From Oscillospiraceae bacterium (GTDB lineage Bacteria; Bacillota; Clostridia; Oscillospirales; Oscillospiraceae), in NCBI GenBank assembly GCA_048217285.1, contig DBFWVW010000091.1, forward strand, positions 2,834 to 66,833: a stretch of 64,000 nucleotides of DNA, written 5' to 3'. Below the pieces are notes generated by a model. It had not been told where the DNA came from, did no database searches, and saw only the letters and a program-made list of their open reading frames with translations. Every line of letters begins with the position of its first letter. The stretch's first letter is position 1. The translations under genes and the position numbers were made by a program. Below, piece by piece: positions 35,730 to 43,827 of the stretch.

Positions 35730-36608
35730 TCAATTTTTTCGATCTGCCAGCGAGCGGGCGAGATGCTGCAGAAAAGCGCTGTCCGTAAATGCACCGTCCA
35801 CGGCCGCCGCCGCTTCCTCAGATAATTCATGCACATAGGCACTGCAGCGCTCCAGACCGTAGAGCGCCATGAAGGTGTTCTTGCCCTCACGCGCATCCGA
35901 TCCAATGGGTTTACCGAGCTCGGCCTCCGTGCTGATCACATCCAGCATATCATCACGGATCTGAAATGCCAGGCCAAGCGCCTTGGCATACTGCGCTGCA
36001 GCCGTGCGCTGCTGCGTATTTCCACCGCCGCAGGTCACGCCCATGAGACAGGCGGCGTGAATCATCGCCGACGTTTTGCGGTCATTGATATCCATCAGTT
36101 CCTCTTTCGTGAGGACCTTGCCTTCCCCTTCCATATCGAGCTGCTGACCGCCGCAGATGCCGTTTTCTCCGGCGGCTTCCGCAAGGAGGCGCGCGCATTC
36201 GGCGCGCATCTCTGCCGGCAGATCTGTCGAAAGGATCGTGCGAAATGCCTCTGCCTGCAGGGCGTCGCCAGCCAATGTCGCCGTGCACTCTCCATAAATC
36301 ACGTGATTCGTCGGTTTGCCGCGGCGCAGATCGTCGTTATCCATACACGGCAGGTCGTCGTGGATGAGCGAATAAGTATGCACCATCTCGACCGCGCACG
36401 CGACCGGTAGCGCGGCCTGTACGTCCCCGCCGCAGGCGGCGCAGAAAGCGAGCACCAACACCGGGCGCAGACGTTTGCCGCCGGCGGTCAGGCTGTAGTG
36501 CATCGCCTCCAGCAGGCGGTGGTAGGACACGGTCGTGTCCGCAAAATAGGTATTGAGCGCCGTATCGGCGAGCGCCTTATATTCGTTATACTCAGATCGA
36601 TAATCCAT
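35730..36608 (-). CDS. ispA: Polyprenyl (farnesyl/geranylgeranyl) diphosphate synthase
   Basis: 292 aa. First DDxxD motif is LIHDDLPCMDNDDLRRG. Second is FQIRDDMLD. Confidence 0.92.
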   Translation of the reverse strand: MDYRSEYNEYKALADTALNTYFADTTVSYHRLLEAMHYSLTAGGKRLRPVLVLAFCAACGGDVQAALPVACAVEMVHTYSLIHDDLPCMDNDDLRRGKPTNHVIYGECTATLAGDALQAEAFRTILSTDLPAEMRAECARLLAEAAGENGICGGQQLDMEGEGKVLTKEELMDINDRKTSAMIHAACLMGVTCGGGNTQQRTAAAQYAKALGLAFQIRDDMLDVISTEAELGKPIGSDAREGKNTFMALYGLERCSAYVHELSEEAAAAVDGAFTDSAFLQHLARSLADRKN

Positions 36609-36611
36609 GCG

Positions 36612-36851
36612 TTATTCCTCGGTTTCAAACGGGAACTCGACAGGTGCACCATCGCTCCCTTTCTTGAGCTGCACGACCTTCTGCTCTGCTGCATTCAGCA
36701 TTTCATTGCAGGCTGCGAGCAGGTGTGCCCCCTCCTCAAACAGCGCCAGCGACGCATCAAGGGGAACATCCCCCTTTTCCAGCTGCTTGACGATCTCGTC
36801 CAGTCGCTGCATGGACGCTTCAAAGGTCTGCTTCTGTTTTGCCATGGGCAT
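36612..36851 (-). CDS. xseB: Exodeoxyribonuclease VII small subunit
   Basis: 79 aa. FEASMQRLDEIVKQLEKGDVPLDASLALFEEG. Confidence 0.92.
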   Translation of the reverse strand: MPMAKQKQTFEASMQRLDEIVKQLEKGDVPLDASLALFEEGAHLLAACNEMLNAAEQKVVQLKKGSDGAPVEFPFETEE

Positions 36852-38049
36852 CCTCCCTGTTGTTTACAGTGCAGCTTAGTGCACCGTCCTGAAGCTGTAC
36901 GCGGATTGGGTCACCCGTCCGAACCTGCGCCACGGAGCGGAGCACCGTGTCATCGGCATCCGTCGCTACTGCGTAGCCGCGGGCAAGTACTTTCAACGGG
37001 CTCATCGCGTCCAGCGCAGCTGCACACTGTGCAAAATCATGCCTGCGTATAGCGAGCCAGCGCTCCCCCGCCGCCGTCAGGCGGCTTCGGGTGTAGTCCA
37101 GTTCCACGCGCCGAAGATCAAAATATGCCGTCGGAGACTGCAGTACACGTCGTCCGGCCAGATTCTCCAGTGCGGCGCGGCGCTGTGTCATCTGTTTGCG
37201 CATTGCCTGCGCCATGCGTATCTCATATCCATGCAGCATCTCACGGATATCCTCCGCATTCGGCACAGCCTGTTCTGCCGCGTTCGACGGCGTTGCGGCG
37301 CGCAGATCGGCCACAAAGTCCGAGATGGTCACATCCGGCTCGTGACCGACGGCAGAGATGACCGGAATGTCCGAGTCATAGATCGCACGTGCGACCCGTT
37401 CGTCATTAAACGCCCACAGATCTTCGATCGAACCGCCACCGCGGCCGGTAATGATCAGGTCACCGGCCTGATAGCGGTTGGCATACCGGATAGCCCCGGC
37501 AATCTCCGCCGGCGCCTCCGTTCCCTGCACGCGCACGGGCAGCAGCACGACCTCGCTGGCCGGCCAGCGCTTGCCAAGCACACGGATGATATCGCGCACG
37601 GCCGCGCCTGCAGGCGACGTGATCACTGCAATCCGCTGTGGAAATTCCGGCAGCGGCTTTTTGTGCGCGCGGTCGAACAGCCCCTCTTTTTGAAGCTGCT
37701 CTTTCAGCTGCTCATAAGCGGCATAGAGATCGCCAACGCCGCCCGGGATGAGCCGCGTGCAGTAAAGCTGATACGCTCCGTCGCGCGGATAGACCGCGAT
37801 GCGCCCAACCGCCGCAACGCTCATGCCGCTCGCCGGACGAAAGCGCAGCGACTGCGCGCTGCTGCGAAACATGACGCATCGCAGACTGCTCTCGGCATCC
37901 TTGAGCGTGAAGTAATGGTGCCCGGACGGATAGACCTTGTAGTTTGACAGCTCCCCTGTCACGCAGACGTTGCCAATCAGTGTGTCCGCATCCAGCAGCT
38001 GCTTGATGTGGGCGTTGAGCTCCGTTACGGTAAAGGATGTACGCGCCAT
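36820..38049 (-). CDS. xseA: Exodeoxyribonuclease VII large subunit
   Basis: Starts MARTSFTVTELNAHIKQLLD (OB fold). Also GRGGGSIEDLWAFN. The 51-codon N-terminal extension of the ORF was trimmed. Confidence 0.93.
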   Translation of the reverse strand: MARTSFTVTELNAHIKQLLDADTLIGNVCVTGELSNYKVYPSGHHYFTLKDAESSLRCVMFRSSAQSLRFRPASGMSVAAVGRIAVYPRDGAYQLYCTRLIPGGVGDLYAAYEQLKEQLQKEGLFDRAHKKPLPEFPQRIAVITSPAGAAVRDIIRVLGKRWPASEVVLLPVRVQGTEAPAEIAGAIRYANRYQAGDLIITGRGGGSIEDLWAFNDERVARAIYDSDIPVISAVGHEPDVTISDFVADLRAATPSNAAEQAVPNAEDIREMLHGYEIRMAQAMRKQMTQRRAALENLAGRRVLQSPTAYFDLRRVELDYTRSRLTAAGERWLAIRRHDFAQCAAALDAMSPLKVLARGYAVATDADDTVLRSVAQVRTGDPIRVQLQDGALSCTVNNREDAHGKTEADL

Positions 38050-38050
38050 T

Positions 38051-38578
38051 TCAGCCTTCGGCGTCGTTCTCGGAGGCCTGTTCGGGCGCAGCGGCCGGCT
38101 CTTCAGCAGACGCTTCTTCCGATTCGGCTTCCTGCTCAGCCTCGCCGCGCACAAAGCTGCCGAGCACACCGTTGATAAACGCGACTGTCTCCGGCTCCTC
38201 ATAGCCCTTGGCCAGTTCTACCGCCTCGTTGATGGCGGCGGCATTCGGCACGTCGTCCATATACAGGATCTCGCACATGGCACAGCGCATGATCGCCGCA
38301 GCGACGCGAGAAATGCGCTCCAGCCGCCAGCCACGGGCGTATTTCTCGATCATGTGGTTGAGCTCGTACATATGGTCATAGACCAAGCCGGTCAGACGGC
38401 GGATGTAGTCGAGCTGCTTCTCGTCCGGATACTCCTGAAACAGCGGGTCCTCCTCTGCCAGTGTCGCAAAATACTCGCGACTGAAGAAGGTATCCGCCGT
38501 CTCGCGGGCGTCGTCCCCGGCGAGCTGCGCGGCAAAGCTGAGTTGGATCGCGATCTCACGCGCAACCGTTCTTGTCAT
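38051..38578 (-). CDS. nusB: Transcription antitermination factor NusB (with acidic C-terminal tail)
   Basis: MTRTVAREIAIQLSF... and AINEAVELAK. The last 35 or so residues are a Glu/Ala-rich tail. Confidence 0.9.
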   Translation of the reverse strand: MTRTVAREIAIQLSFAAQLAGDDARETADTFFSREYFATLAEEDPLFQEYPDEKQLDYIRRLTGLVYDHMYELNHMIEKYARGWRLERISRVAAAIMRCAMCEILYMDDVPNAAAINEAVELAKGYEEPETVAFINGVLGSFVRGEAEQEAESEEASAEEPAAAPEQASENDAEG

Positions 38579-38599
38579 AGTGATTACTCCTGCTTTTCT

Positions 38600-38962
38600 T
38601 TATTTGTCGAAAGCCACGCCGGATACGTGCACGTTAACGATCGGCTTGCCCATGCCGGTCATGGACTCGACCGCGCTTGTGACGGATTCCTGCACAGCCT
38701 TGGCGACCGCCACGACACTGCAGCCATAGCGAACCGTAATGATCGTATCGACCGTCATCGTGCCGTCTACGATCTGCACCTTGATACCCTTGGCCGCAGA
38801 CTTGATGCCGAGCAGCTCGGCCAGCTCCGTGCCGGTAGAGGTCGCAACACCTGCGACACCGTCAACTTCTGTGATCGCTGCACGCACCATGGCGGCTACG
38901 ACGTCCTCAGAGATATTGATGCTGCCCTTTTCATCCTGGCAAGTAATATAATTTTCCGGCAT
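38600..38962 (-). CDS. Asp23/Gls24 family envelope stress protein
   Basis: 120 aa from MPENYITCQDEKGSINISEDVVAAMV.... It sits upstream of nusB, as yqhY does in B. subtilis. Confidence 0.85.
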   Translation of the reverse strand: MPENYITCQDEKGSINISEDVVAAMVRAAITEVDGVAGVATSTGTELAELLGIKSAAKGIKVQIVDGTMTVDTIITVRYGCSVVAVAKAVQESVTSAVESMTGMGKPIVNVHVSGVAFDK

Positions 38963-39093
38963 AGAAAAATACCTCCTGATAAAATTGTACAGTATAGTGT
39001 ACCACGCGCAGCGGCAAAAAGAAAGAGAAATGTTTTCTATCCGGCAAAAAGATGCACCCTGCAATCTTGCAGGGTGCACCTCTGAAAGCAGCG

Positions 39094-41913
39094 TTATTTC
39101 TTTACATTCTTGCAAAACTCCATCAGGATCGTCGCGACCTGCTCACGGGTCGCGCTGCCCTGCGGGTTGAGGTAGGTCTGGCCGCCGTTGCTCGCGCCGG
39201 AGATCAGGCCCAGCGCCACGGCGTCTGCCAGAGCATCCTTCGCCCAGCCGGACACGCTGCCCGCATCCGGGAAAGTGCTCAGGTCAGCCGGTGTCCATGT
39301 GTGCTGGAGCTTCAGGATCTTATCCACGTATCCCATGAGGATGACCGCAATCTGCTCGCGTGTGACCGGCAGATCCGGAGCAAACGTCGTGTCGGACGTG
39401 CCGGAGACGACACCAGTCTGGTAAGCCCAGAGGATCGCGTCCTGCGCCCAGTGACCCGCAACGTCGGTAAACGGCATGGAGCCGGAAACCTTCGGCTCGC
39501 CCTCGAGGTTGTAGAGGATCTGCACGATCTGCGCGCGTGTTGTGGTCATAGACGGGGAGAATTTGTCGCCGCCCGTGCTGCCCATGAGCTTGTGCGTCAC
39601 GCAATACTGGATGCCGTCATACGCCCAGTTACGGGTAACGTCGGAGAACATCTCCGTCACATCCACGTCGCTGCCGGTGGCCGGGATCGCTTCCGTCTTG
39701 GTCTCGCCGCAGCGGGTGCAGGTGTAGGTCTTGACGCCGTCTTCGGTCTCAGTCGGTTCCTTCGTCACTTTGCCGCTGTCCCAGCTGTGGCCGAGCGCGT
39801 CCACGTAAGTGTCCACATAGCTGTTGCCGCAGGAGCAGGTGTGCGTCGTGTAACCCTTGTCCGTGCAGGTGGGCGCTGTCACAACAGCATCGTAGCTGTG
39901 GGTATGGGAAACATAATTGTAATGGATGTTGGCGTTTTTTAACGCGTCATTTTCGCCGTCAATCGTAATGCCATTCCATGCTTCCTCCGTACCGGTAAAA
40001 TACACATTTGTTAGGGATTCGCAGTCAGCGAAAGCACACCAGCCGATGCTCGTCACGCCATCCGGGATCGTCACGCTTGTCAGAGATGTGCAGCCAGCGA
40101 AAGCCCAATCACCAATGCTCGTCACGCTGTCAGGGATCGTACATTCCGCAAGTGTGCCCGGGCACTGCACCAAAGTTGTCTTATCTTTGCTGAACAGAAC
40201 ACCGGATGCATCGCTGGAGTAATGACTGTTGCCCTCAGTGACCCATATACCGGTCAAAGCGGCACAATTGCCGAATGCACCCCTGCCAATGCTCGTCACA
40301 CCATCCGGGATTGTCACGCTGGTCAGAGAACTGCAATAACAGAAAGCACGATTGCCAATGCTCGTCACGCTGTCCGGAATCGTCACGCTCGTCAGAGATT
40401 CGCATTCATAGAAAGCGTGACCATCAATGCTCGTCACACTGTCCGGGATCGTCACGCTGGTCAGAGATGAGCAATCCTTGAAAGCACAATAGCCAATGCT
40501 CGTCACGCTGTCCGGGATCGTCACGCTCGTCAGAGATCTGCAAGCAGAGAAAGCCCAATCACCAATGCCCGTCACGCTGTCCGGGATCGTCACGCTTGTC
40601 AGAGATGTGCAGTCAAAGAAAGTCAAATCACGAATGCTCGTCACGCTGTCCGGAATCGTTACGCTTGTCAGAGATGCGCACTTCCGAAATGTTGCCTCAC
40701 CAATGCTCGTCACACTGTCCGGGATCGTCACGCTCGTCAGAGATGTGCAGCCAGAGAAAGCAAACTCGCCAATGCTCGTCACACTGTCCGGGATCGTCAC
40801 GCTGGTCAGAGATGTGCATTCAGAGAAAGTATACTCGCCAATGCTTGTCACGCCATCCGGGATCGTCACGCTCGTCAGAGATGTGCAATTATAGAAAGCA
40901 CTATTGCCAATGCTTGTCACGCCATCCGGGATCGTCACGCTGGTCAGAGATGTGCACCAATAGAAAGCCGAATCACCAATGCCCGTCACACTGTCCGGGA
41001 TCGTCACGCTCGTCAGAGATGTGCACCAATAGAAAGCCGAATCACCAATGCTTGTCACGCTGCCCGGGATCGTACATTCCGCAAGTGTGCCCGGGCACTG
41101 CACCAAAGTTGTCTTATCTTTGCTGAACAGAACACCGGATGCATCGCTGGAGTAATAACTGTTGCCCTCAGTGACCCATATACCGGTCAAAGCGGCACAA
41201 TTGCTGAATGCACCCCTGCCGATGCTTGTCACACTGTTCGGGATCGTCACACTCGTCAGAGATGTGCAATTCCTAAATGTATCCTCACCAATGCTTGTCA
41301 CGCCATCCGGGATCGTCACGCTTGTCAGAGATGTGCAATCACAGAAAGCATCATCGCCAATGCTCGTCACACTGTCCGGGATCGTCACGCTTGTCAGAGA
41401 TGTGCATTCATAGAAAGCCCACTCTCCAATGCTCGTCACGCTGTCCGGGATCGTCACGCTGGTCAGAGATACGCAGCCAGAGAAAGCACCATCACCAATG
41501 CTCGTCACGGTCACACCTTCGATTGTATGCGGAATATTGGCTTTGGTAACGGACAAATTGCAATCGGTAACGGTTCCTGTCTTTTTATCGAACGTGAGAT
41601 AGCCGCCTTCCACAGCATATTTCACTTCCCCACCGCATTCACTGCAGTCGTCTCTGGTTGTCGTTTCCCCGGTATAAGTTTTGTCTCCGCACTCACATAC
41701 CCGATAACCACGGTGCGGATGCGCAGATTCGTATTGCATACTGCCGTAAGTATGCTTCTTTGTGACGGTCATGTCACTTGCATACGGAAGGCTGCCCCAT
41801 CGTGAATCCGACTGCACCCAACCGCGATAGTCTTCTCCCGCAGCAAAAGCGCCCGTCATCAGGAAGCTGGTTATTATGCAGAGAACTAAAAAGGCTGAAA
41901 TAATACGTTTCAT
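39094..41913 (-). CDS. Cell-surface protein: signal peptide, Cys-rich modules, BspA-type leucine-rich repeats, three C-terminal SLH domains
   Basis: Signal peptide MKRIISAFLVLCIITSFLMTGAFA. The string SLTSVTIP occurs 16 times in 23-aa units (SLTSVTIPDSVTSIGxxAFxxCx). The C-terminus has three SLH-like repeats (FSDV..WAYDGIQYC, FTDVAGHWAQDAILWA, FPDAGSVSGWAKDAL). Confidence 0.9.
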   Translation of the reverse strand: MKRIISAFLVLCIITSFLMTGAFAAGEDYRGWVQSDSRWGSLPYASDMTVTKKHTYGSMQYESAHPHRGYRVCECGDKTYTGETTTRDDCSECGGEVKYAVEGGYLTFDKKTGTVTDCNLSVTKANIPHTIEGVTVTSIGDGAFSGCVSLTSVTIPDSVTSIGEWAFYECTSLTSVTIPDSVTSIGDDAFCDCTSLTSVTIPDGVTSIGEDTFRNCTSLTSVTIPNSVTSIGRGAFSNCAALTGIWVTEGNSYYSSDASGVLFSKDKTTLVQCPGTLAECTIPGSVTSIGDSAFYWCTSLTSVTIPDSVTGIGDSAFYWCTSLTSVTIPDGVTSIGNSAFYNCTSLTSVTIPDGVTSIGEYTFSECTSLTSVTIPDSVTSIGEFAFSGCTSLTSVTIPDSVTSIGEATFRKCASLTSVTIPDSVTSIRDLTFFDCTSLTSVTIPDSVTGIGDWAFSACRSLTSVTIPDSVTSIGYCAFKDCSSLTSVTIPDSVTSIDGHAFYECESLTSVTIPDSVTSIGNRAFCYCSSLTSVTIPDGVTSIGRGAFGNCAALTGIWVTEGNSHYSSDASGVLFSKDKTTLVQCPGTLAECTIPDSVTSIGDWAFAGCTSLTSVTIPDGVTSIGWCAFADCESLTNVYFTGTEEAWNGITIDGENDALKNANIHYNYVSHTHSYDAVVTAPTCTDKGYTTHTCSCGNSYVDTYVDALGHSWDSGKVTKEPTETEDGVKTYTCTRCGETKTEAIPATGSDVDVTEMFSDVTRNWAYDGIQYCVTHKLMGSTGGDKFSPSMTTTRAQIVQILYNLEGEPKVSGSMPFTDVAGHWAQDAILWAYQTGVVSGTSDTTFAPDLPVTREQIAVILMGYVDKILKLQHTWTPADLSTFPDAGSVSGWAKDALADAVALGLISGASNGGQTYLNPQGSATREQVATILMEFCKNVKK
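40133..40300. repeat. Copy 1 of a near-identical ~170-bp segmental duplication
   Basis: GGGATCGTACATTCCGCAAGTGTGCCCGGGCACTGCACCAAAGTTGTCTTATCTTTGCTGAACAGAACACCGGATGCATCGCTGGAGTAAT... recurs 933 bp away with only a handful of substitutions. Confidence 0.85.
41066..41233. repeat. Copy 2 of the ~170-bp segmental duplication
   Basis: Same string as 40133..40300. Differences seen by eye: TAATGACTG/TAATAACTG, TTGCCGAATG/TTGCTGAATG, CTGCCAATGCTC/CTGCCGATGCTT. Confidence 0.85.
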
Positions 41914-41947
41914 ATTTTCGACCATACCTTTCCAAAAACACAAATGC

Positions 41948-42037
41948 TTAAAAATCTGCAAATTGTCTTAAATACAAGCAAACAACAGGCCGCACAGAAT
42001 GAGTTATACGGCTTTCACTCAAGATTTGTTTCTTCAT
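41948..42037 (-). CDS. Candidate 29-codon upstream mini-ORF in the surface-protein leader
   Basis: AGGAGGG, then 5 nt, then ATG (42037). It encodes MKKQILSESRITHSVRPVVCLYLRQFADF and stops 35 nt before the surface-protein ATG. No homology could be assessed. Confidence 0.3.
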   Translation of the reverse strand: MKKQILSESRITHSVRPVVCLYLRQFADF

Positions 42038-42422
42038 GTTTTCCCTCCTATAAATTCCTTGCTGCCCGCTGATTTACGGCTGCACTGCCGTCCACGCAGT
42101 GTGCTTCATTTCCGGCGGCCGGTATACCCGCAATATCGGCAAGCAACGTCTGCAATCAAAATAACATTTTTTATCCGTTTTTCCAAGGAAACGACATTTT
42201 TGGCACACTTTTCTGCAGAATTTGCACGTAATTCGTGTGTTCTGGCAGCAGCATCGCAGAATGTGGACTGCTTTCGCTCCGCTTCGCTGGGAAGGAAAAA
42301 TGATGATCCATCGTCTCCTTGGGAGAGAAATGCGGCTGTACCCTATATTTCGGGAATGGTCAAGTCAACAATTGGACAATATAATGCAATAAAGAGTACA
42401 AATTATTGGACAGTGAGGAGGT

Positions 42423-42644
42423 ATGGGCATGATCACCTACGCCCCGCTATGGGAGACAATGAAGCAGCGGCGCATCACGACCTACACCCTGATCAAAAAC
42501 TACGCATTCAGCCGCGGTACACTGGACTCTCTCAAGCACAACCGCAATATCACCACCGCGACGCTCAATGACCTTTGCAGCATTCTTTCCTGCCGCGTGG
42601 AGGATGTGCTGGCCTATATCCCGGACGAGCCTGCAGAATCGTAA
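42423..42644 (+). CDS. XRE/Cro-type helix-turn-helix transcriptional regulator
   Basis: 73 aa. LWETMKQRRITTYTLIKNYAFSRGTLDSLKHNRNITTATLNDLCSIL is a typical HTH_26/XRE layout. GAGGAGG RBS upstream. Confidence 0.75.
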   Translation: MGMITYAPLWETMKQRRITTYTLIKNYAFSRGTLDSLKHNRNITTATLNDLCSILSCRVEDVLAYIPDEPAES

Positions 42645-42682
42645 CTGCCCATTTCCGATTGAGAAATGGGCAGTTTTCCTTT
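42645..42682 (+). terminator. Rho-independent terminator after the HTH gene
   Basis: CTGCCCATTTC cgattga GAAATGGGCAG followed by TTTTCCTTT. Confidence 0.8.
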
Positions 42683-42707
42683 CAATGGTGGCATCTAAAT
42701 GACAGCA

Positions 42708-42740
42708 CCCCCGCTCCAATCGGAGCGGGGGCGCGTTTTT
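42708..42740. terminator. GC-rich hairpin at the end of the spoIIIA operon
   Basis: CCCCCGCTCC aatc GGAGCGGGGG. The T-tract is on the + side only (GCGTTTTT). On the - side it follows the spoIIIAH stop. Confidence 0.55.
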
Positions 42741-42749
42741 CATGATCAT

Positions 42750-43319
42750 TCACTGTGCGTTATGCGCGTCGGCCTTGACTTCGATGACTTTGATCTGCGG
42801 TGCGGTATAGTCCGTCTCTTTGACGATCGTGTCCGTGATCGTAGCGACCTGCGCCGTGCTCAACCCGTCGGCTGGTGCGGGTACAGCGACTGTGATGCCC
42901 TCATCCGTGATATAGACCACGCACTCGGAAAAATCCTTGGCCAGCAGGAGATTTTCGATCTGCGTTTCCGTCATGGAGTCACTCGCCATGGCGGAGATGG
43001 CGCTCATGGCACTGTCGATCGTCGCCTGCGAAGCGCCCTCTGCCGTCGAGGCCGATTTGAGCAGCGACAGCGCTTCGTCGCGCGACTGCTGGCGCGTCAG
43101 GCGTGCTTTGGCAAAGTAATCATCGGATGCCGATGCCGACGCCGACGCTGCGGCCGCTTCCTCCTCCGCCTTGACCGCTGCTGTGGCGGCGTCCTCGGCA
43201 GCGGCCATTTCCGCGTCCGCTTTTCCCCACTGGGTGTTGTACGACCAGTTAAAGTAGATCGCGGCGCAGACAAACAGCAGCACCACAATGATCGCAATGT
43301 TTCGTTTGGTTTTTTTCAT
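42750..43319 (-). CDS. spoIIIAH: Stage III sporulation protein AH
   Basis: 189 aa. N-terminal TM, DYFAKARLTRQQSRDEALSLL, and a C-terminal YscJ/FliF-like domain. It is the last gene of the operon. Confidence 0.85.
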   Translation of the reverse strand: MKKTKRNIAIIVVLLFVCAAIYFNWSYNTQWGKADAEMAAAEDAATAAVKAEEEAAAASASASASDDYFAKARLTRQQSRDEALSLLKSASTAEGASQATIDSAMSAISAMASDSMTETQIENLLLAKDFSECVVYITDEGITVAVPAPADGLSTAQVATITDTIVKETDYTAPQIKVIEVKADAHNAQ

Positions 43320-43332
43320 AGTCGCCCTCCCG

Positions 43333-43827
43333 TTATTTTGATTGCGAATCCGGCTGCTTTCTGAGCACGGAAATGTGATCTGTGCTCAGGCCGGTAAATT
43401 GTGCCACTGCCTGCGTGACGGCGAGCTGCACCTGCGGTGAATCCGCCCCGTCGCAGACGACAACCGCACCAAGATACTGCGGACTGACCGTTTTCAGCTC
43501 TACCGCCTCCTGTGCCCCGCCGCCGGCGGCGATGATCGTCGGCTCCCCGGCATCGTCCGTTGCCAGCTCCCGCTCCGCCGAGCAGCGGTAGGACAGCAGC
43601 ACCTGCACTTGTCCGGCACCGCTGATCTGCTGCAGCAGTTGTGTGAGGCGCTGCTCCTCGGCTTGGATCGTCTGCGTTTGTGTCTGTTCGGAAGCGGTCT
43701 GCGCCTGCGCTGTCTTGGCCTTTGTCTTGCTTCCGGTCGGCAGCAGGAGCAGGATCAGCCCCACGAGTAAAATGATGAGAACGTATTTGTACTTGGCTGC
43801 GAAAGCACTGAGTTTTCGTGTGTTCAT
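43333..43827 (-). CDS. spoIIIAG: Stage III sporulation protein AG
   Basis: MNTRKLSAFAAKYKYVLIILLVG is the TM segment. C-terminal GAVVVCDGADSPQVQL. The ATG overlaps the spoIIIAF stop (ATGA). Confidence 0.85.
   Translation of the reverse strand: MNTRKLSAFAAKYKYVLIILLVGLILLLLPTGSKTKAKTAQAQTASEQTQTQTIQAEEQRLTQLLQQISGAGQVQVLLSYRCSAERELATDDAGEPTIIAAGGGAQEAVELKTVSPQYLGAVVVCDGADSPQVQLAVTQAVAQFTGLSTDHISVLRKQPDSQSK

Larger units (their letters stand above)
39996..41520 (-). repeat. Tandem 69-bp coding repeats (LRR units) inside the surface-protein gene
   Basis: Recurrent GTCACGCT(C/G/T)GTCAGAGATGTGCA... and CCAATGCT(C/T)GTCAC(G/A)C(T/C)(G/A)TCCGGGATC blocks with 69-nt periodicity, in frame. Confidence 0.9.

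Noticed and set aside
39996-41520. Regular 69-bp periodic repeats that could be mistaken for a CRISPR array or a satellite.
   Set aside because: The units are contiguous with no unique spacers. They are in frame within one long ORF and encode 23-aa leucine-rich repeats. No cas genes or leader are present.
39094-41913. Possibility that the variable LRR positions are generated by a diversity-generating retroelement.
   Set aside because: The window holds no reverse transcriptase ORF and no non-coding template repeat. Differences between the duplicated segments are not restricted to adenine positions.
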